From NCBI RefSeq assembly GCF_023169545.1, contig NZ_AP019769.1, forward strand, positions 480,001 to 512,000: a stretch of DNA of 32,000 bases, written 5' to 3'. The first letter of the stretch is position 1. Every line of letters starts with the position of its first letter. A program made the translations under genes and the position numbers. This stretch comes from Nanobdella aerobiophila (GTDB lineage Archaea; Nanobdellota; Nanobdellia; Nanobdellales; Nanobdellaceae). The notes beneath the pieces were generated by a model that had not been told where the DNA came from, did not search any database, and saw only the letters and a list, made by a program, of their open reading frames with translations. Positions 28,341-32,000 of the stretch are shown here, piece by piece.

Positions 28341-29118
28341 CGAAATAAGTTATGATTTGCCGCTTAGAATAGCAATATGGACAAAGGATAATAAAACATA
28401 CATAGGCCTATAAGTTACCTAGCGATATAGCTAAAGATTACTAAATTCAATCTTAGTCTAAAAATGCATACAATGAGTCTCTAAAATACTCTTATAACTG
28501 AAAAGGGTATTCTTTTTCCTTTTATTGATATTAAACAAAATATAAACAGATTTTCTAAGATTAGCAAAATTCTTTAAATTAATTAGAAAAATTTTAGACA
28601 TAAAATAATTAAATCATAAATTTAAAGAAAAACTAATAATAATCATCATATAGGGGAGATCTTTTATACTATTTGCTTTTTACCAATTTCCTATAAAAAA
28701 TTAAATAATATAAATAAAATATAGCATAATAATATAAAATTTAATTAAAAATTTTAGACTATTTTTATATACTTAATTTCTTCCTGAGGTGTTTGTTTAA
28801 TATAAGCAATTTTTATATTTTTTATTGATATTCTTACTTTTTCAGAATTTTTATTATCGAACGTTATGTAAACATAATCGAAGTCTATAAAGATTACTTT
28901 ATTAATTAAATTTAAAAAATTAAAAAACTTAAAAGAAAAATGAATAAATCAGATTGATTATAATATTTTTTAAAAAATGTCACAAGTTTTATGGTTTATA
29001 AAGATATTACTAATTAGTATTAATTTACTTTGTGTACATAAAGAATTACCAAAAATTATAAATTAGCTACTTTTAAATAGAGAAATTTTTATATAGATTA
29101 ATGTAAAAATAAATAAAA

Positions 29119-29247
29119 GCGGGCCCTAGTGTAGTTGGCAGTCGGGGGATGAAGGGTTGAAATATCCTCGAGCCCGGTTCTGGTCGTCTAGCCGCACCAA
29201 ACCTGTCGATCCAGGTTCAATCGAAAGGTTGAACCGTATGGGCCCGC
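29119..29247 (+). ncRNA. tRNA-like structured RNA, possibly an intron-containing or atypical tRNA (tRNA-His-like acceptor)
   Basis: Perfect 8-bp GC terminal stem GCGGGCCC/GGGCCCGC, then TA GTGT AGTTGGCA matching tRNA positions 8-21, strong internal hairpin GGTTCAATC-GAAA-GGTTGAACC, T-rich tract (ttttttttg) just after. 129 nt in an otherwise AT-rich region; no standard cloverleaf found by hand. Confidence 0.55.
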
Positions 29248-29730
29248 TATTTTTTTTGTTAAATTAGGAAATTTATTCTCAGAAAACCCTTTGTTAATCA
29301 GAGTTTATATATGATATCTAAATTATAATACAATAATTAACAGAGTCTTCATTTTATATTTATACATGTACTTTCCGGTAACTTTATTTAAGTTAAAAAT
29401 TTATTGTCTATCTTTACAGATTAACATACTGTTATTATTTCAGTTTTGTATTTAATTATATCTTTACTTTCATAAATAGATAACATCTTAGAAAAAATTT
29501 ACCGACATGATAATTTGATAAAGTATCATTATCTAATTATTGAATAAATATTTATTTATAACAATCAAATCATTTTTCTATTATAACTGGATATTTTTCT
29601 AATTTTTTGATTTTTATGTTAATATAATCAATATTTATTATATTTTTTCTTTATAATTTTTTCTTCTTTTAATTTTTGTTTTCTCATAAATCTATATATA
29701 AAACTTTTAAATTTTATATATTTTATACTT

Positions 29731-30417
29731 TCACAAATCAAATAGATCTCTAATTAATTCATTATAAAAAATTATAAAAGACCATCTTTTTAATTCACTC
29801 TCTAATTCTCTCGATTCCCTAAATTTCTTCTTTATTATATTTTTAAATATTTTTTCATGATCATATATATAGTAATGAACTAATTCATGAAAAATTATAA
29901 AATTTATTAATTTTCTTGGAAGAACAATGGATAAGGAATTAATGGTAATTTTGTTATCCTTTATATTATAATATCCATATCTCGTTTTCATAGTTTTTAT
30001 TTCTATAGAAGGTATATTAATTATATTCAATTCCTTAGAATATTTATTTATTATATTTTTGGTATATTTATATAGAGTTTTATTTAAATAATTACAAAAA
30101 TCTTTCTTATTTTCAAAATTTACAATTATTATTTTTCTGGCACCATTTATTAAATATTTTCTCCTTATATTTTTTATTATTAATTTATATGGAACGCCAA
30201 ATATTGATAATTTTTCTATATAATCTTTATTTATTTCTGTAATTTTATATTTATCTAAAATATCAATAACTTTTTCTTTTATTTTATTAATATCTAATAA
30301 GTTTGTTTTTATTATAATTCTATCTCCTTTTATTTCTACATATAGATTTTTAGATTTTACTTTTTTTATTTCTAAATTAAATTCCAAATTATTTAACTTA
30401 ATAACTTCTCTCGACAT
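29731..30417 (-). CDS. YgjP-like metallopeptidase
   Basis: FHELVHYYIYDHEKIF (HExxH) and MKTRYGYYNIKDNKITINSLSIVLPRKLINFIIFHELVHY typical of YgjP; adjacent to hsdR. Confidence 0.78.
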   Translation of the reverse strand: MSREVIKLNNLEFNLEIKKVKSKNLYVEIKGDRIIIKTNLLDINKIKEKVIDILDKYKITEINKDYIEKLSIFGVPYKLIIKNIRRKYLINGARKIIIVNFENKKDFCNYLNKTLYKYTKNIINKYSKELNIINIPSIEIKTMKTRYGYYNIKDNKITINSLSIVLPRKLINFIIFHELVHYYIYDHEKIFKNIIKKKFRESRELESELKRWSFIIFYNELIRDLFDL

Positions 30418-32000
30418 TCTGGATAAATATTAGCATAATATTCTTTTAATTTCTTTATTATTTCTTCTCTTTTATTACTTTCTAGTTTATTTAGATTTAA
30501 AACTATATTTTCTCGGATATTACGTACCAATTTATCGCAGAAGTCATTTTTATTTTTATTCTCTTCAATTACTTCTCTTATATTTCCAATTATATCTTTT
30601 ACGATATTTATATCTTTTATTTTTTGATCTAAATTTAGATCATCTAATATCTTATATAAATATAATTCTTCATCAGATAACTTAGATTCTTTTCTAGTTT
30701 TTTCATATTCATATATTTTATTTATATAGGTTTTCAAGGTTTCTAATGTTTTATAACCATTCAATTTCCCCTCATTATATTTTCTTATAGTATCGAATAT
30801 CTTTTCTATTATATCCCTATATGTTATTTTTTTGTCTTCTTCATTTTCAAGTACAGCTACAGATTTAGATATCTTACTTATTACCATATTAACACGATCC
30901 TTATTTTGTCCTATTTCATTATAATTATCAATCAAAGAACTCAAAATTATGAATTCATTATTTTCTCCCATATTATTTAAAGATTTTCTTATATTTTCTA
31001 TATCTTCTTCTTCTAGAGTTAAAAATTTCTCTATGTTTATCTTCTCTTTAAATTCTTCTATTATTTGTTCTATTTTTCCCTCTAATATTCCAATTTCTTG
31101 GCTTCCATCCTTTCTATTTTCTTTTATTTTCTTCAAACTCAAACAAATTAAATATAAAAACATAAATTTGTCTTTATATTTTTCTCTAAGGTTTAAAGGT
31201 ATTGCTGGCGAAATATATATTTTTTCAAATTCTTTAAATAAAGAAAAGAAAGTATTCATCAATTCTCCAGAAATTATCTTTCCAACTATATTATCAATTC
31301 TATTTTTTATTTCCTCAGGCTCATTTTTATTTTTTTGATAATATCCTATATAATCTGATAAATTTATTTGTATCTTTTTAAATATATTATCATCAATTAA
31401 ATTTAAGATATTCTCTATATCTTTCTCAATATTATCTATATCCTTTATTAAATATTTTGATATTTCCTGATAGTGTCCCTGTATATTTATATAAAGTTCA
31501 AAAGCTCTTCTTAATACATCTATTATACCTACAAAATCTACAACCAATCCATATTTCTTATTAGAATATCTTCTATTACATCTTCCTATTATCTGTAATA
31601 ATGTATGATATGTCATAACAGGTCTGTCTAAATATATTGTTTGTATTTTATCAAGATCAAAGCCTGTAGTTAATTTATTTACTACAACTAAAATTTTAGG
31701 ATTTTCGTCTTCTTTGAATCTATTTTTTATTTCTTCATTTATTTGATTATAATCTCTAATGCTTCCTTTTGTATACCTTTCCTGCAAATCTCTCAAATAT
31801 TCAAGTATTTCAACATCATCCTCATGTTCATTATAAGTTATTAAAGCTTCTACAGAATCTTTACCCAATTTTTCCTTTAATTTTTTAGCATATATAACTG
31901 CTATTTTTCTAGATGGTGCTATTATCAATCCTTTAAATCCCAAAGGTTCTACTTCTTTTTTGAAATGATCTGCAATCTTATCAGTAACTTTATTTATCCT
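30393..32000 (-). CDS. hsdR: Type I restriction-modification R subunit, C-terminal part (runs off right edge)
   Basis: KILVVVNKLTTGFDLDKIQTIYLDRPVMTYHTLLQIIGRCNRRYSNKKYGLVVDFVG helicase motifs V/VI of HsdR; frame stays open upstream of the track start to 32000. Confidence 0.88.
   Translation of the reverse strand, partial: RINKVTDKIADHFKKEVEPLGFKGLIIAPSRKIAVIYAKKLKEKLGKDSVEALITYNEHEDDVEILEYLRDLQERYTKGSIRDYNQINEEIKNRFKEDENPKILVVVNKLTTGFDLDKIQTIYLDRPVMTYHTLLQIIGRCNRRYSNKKYGLVVDFVGIIDVLRRAFELYINIQGHYQEISKYLIKDIDNIEKDIENILNLIDDNIFKKIQINLSDYIGYYQKNKNEPEEIKNRIDNIVGKIISGELMNTFFSLFKEFEKIYISPAIPLNLREKYKDKFMFLYLICLSLKKIKENRKDGSQEIGILEGKIEQIIEEFKEKINIEKFLTLEEEDIENIRKSLNNMGENNEFIILSSLIDNYNEIGQNKDRVNMVISKISKSVAVLENEEDKKITYRDIIEKIFDTIRKYNEGKLNGYKTLETLKTYINKIYEYEKTRKESKLSDEELYLYKILDDLNLDQKIKDINIVKDIIGNIREVIEENKNKNDFCDKLVRNIRENIVLNLNKLESNKREEIIKKLKEYYANIYPECREKLLS

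Noticed and set aside
28595-28625. CRISPR-repeat-like string tttaaattaattagaaaaattttag, considered as a stray repeat or tracrRNA-like anti-repeat
   Set aside because: Only loosely similar, expected by chance at this AT content, and type I systems do not need a tracrRNA.
30949-31338. Plus-strand ORF of 129 aa inside hsdR
   Set aside because: Antisense to a confident gene; low complexity.

Overview
AT-rich archaeal window. Gene content (archaeal LeuRS, eS1, bifunctional phosphoglucose/phosphomannose isomerase) and very tight packing suggest a DPANN/Nanoarchaeota-like genome; this placement is an inference. Three parts stand out. (1) 6.5-13.5 kb holds five tandem AAA+ ATPase genes with divergent N-terminal regions and nearly identical 3' ends. 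Each appears to be preceded by its own palindrome centred exactly on a TATA-like box. The array lies between the real pgi/pmi gene and a duplicated, internally deleted copy of that gene's 3' end. (2) 15.4-26.5 kb holds a type I (I-B-like) CRISPR-Cas locus: cas6, a putative cas8, cas7, cas5, cas3, cas4, divergent cas1/cas2 and an array of 26 repeats, with an MNT/HEPN-like pair embedded on the opposite strand. (3) 29.12-29.25 kb holds an oversized tRNA-like ncRNA with an 8-bp GC acceptor stem. The window also contains a tRNA-Ser(GGA), a ThiS/MoaD/SAMP-like small modifier, a C45/Ntn hydrolase, two decayed genes, and the end of an hsdR gene beside a YgjP-like metallopeptidase. All homology calls come from recognised motifs, not from searches.
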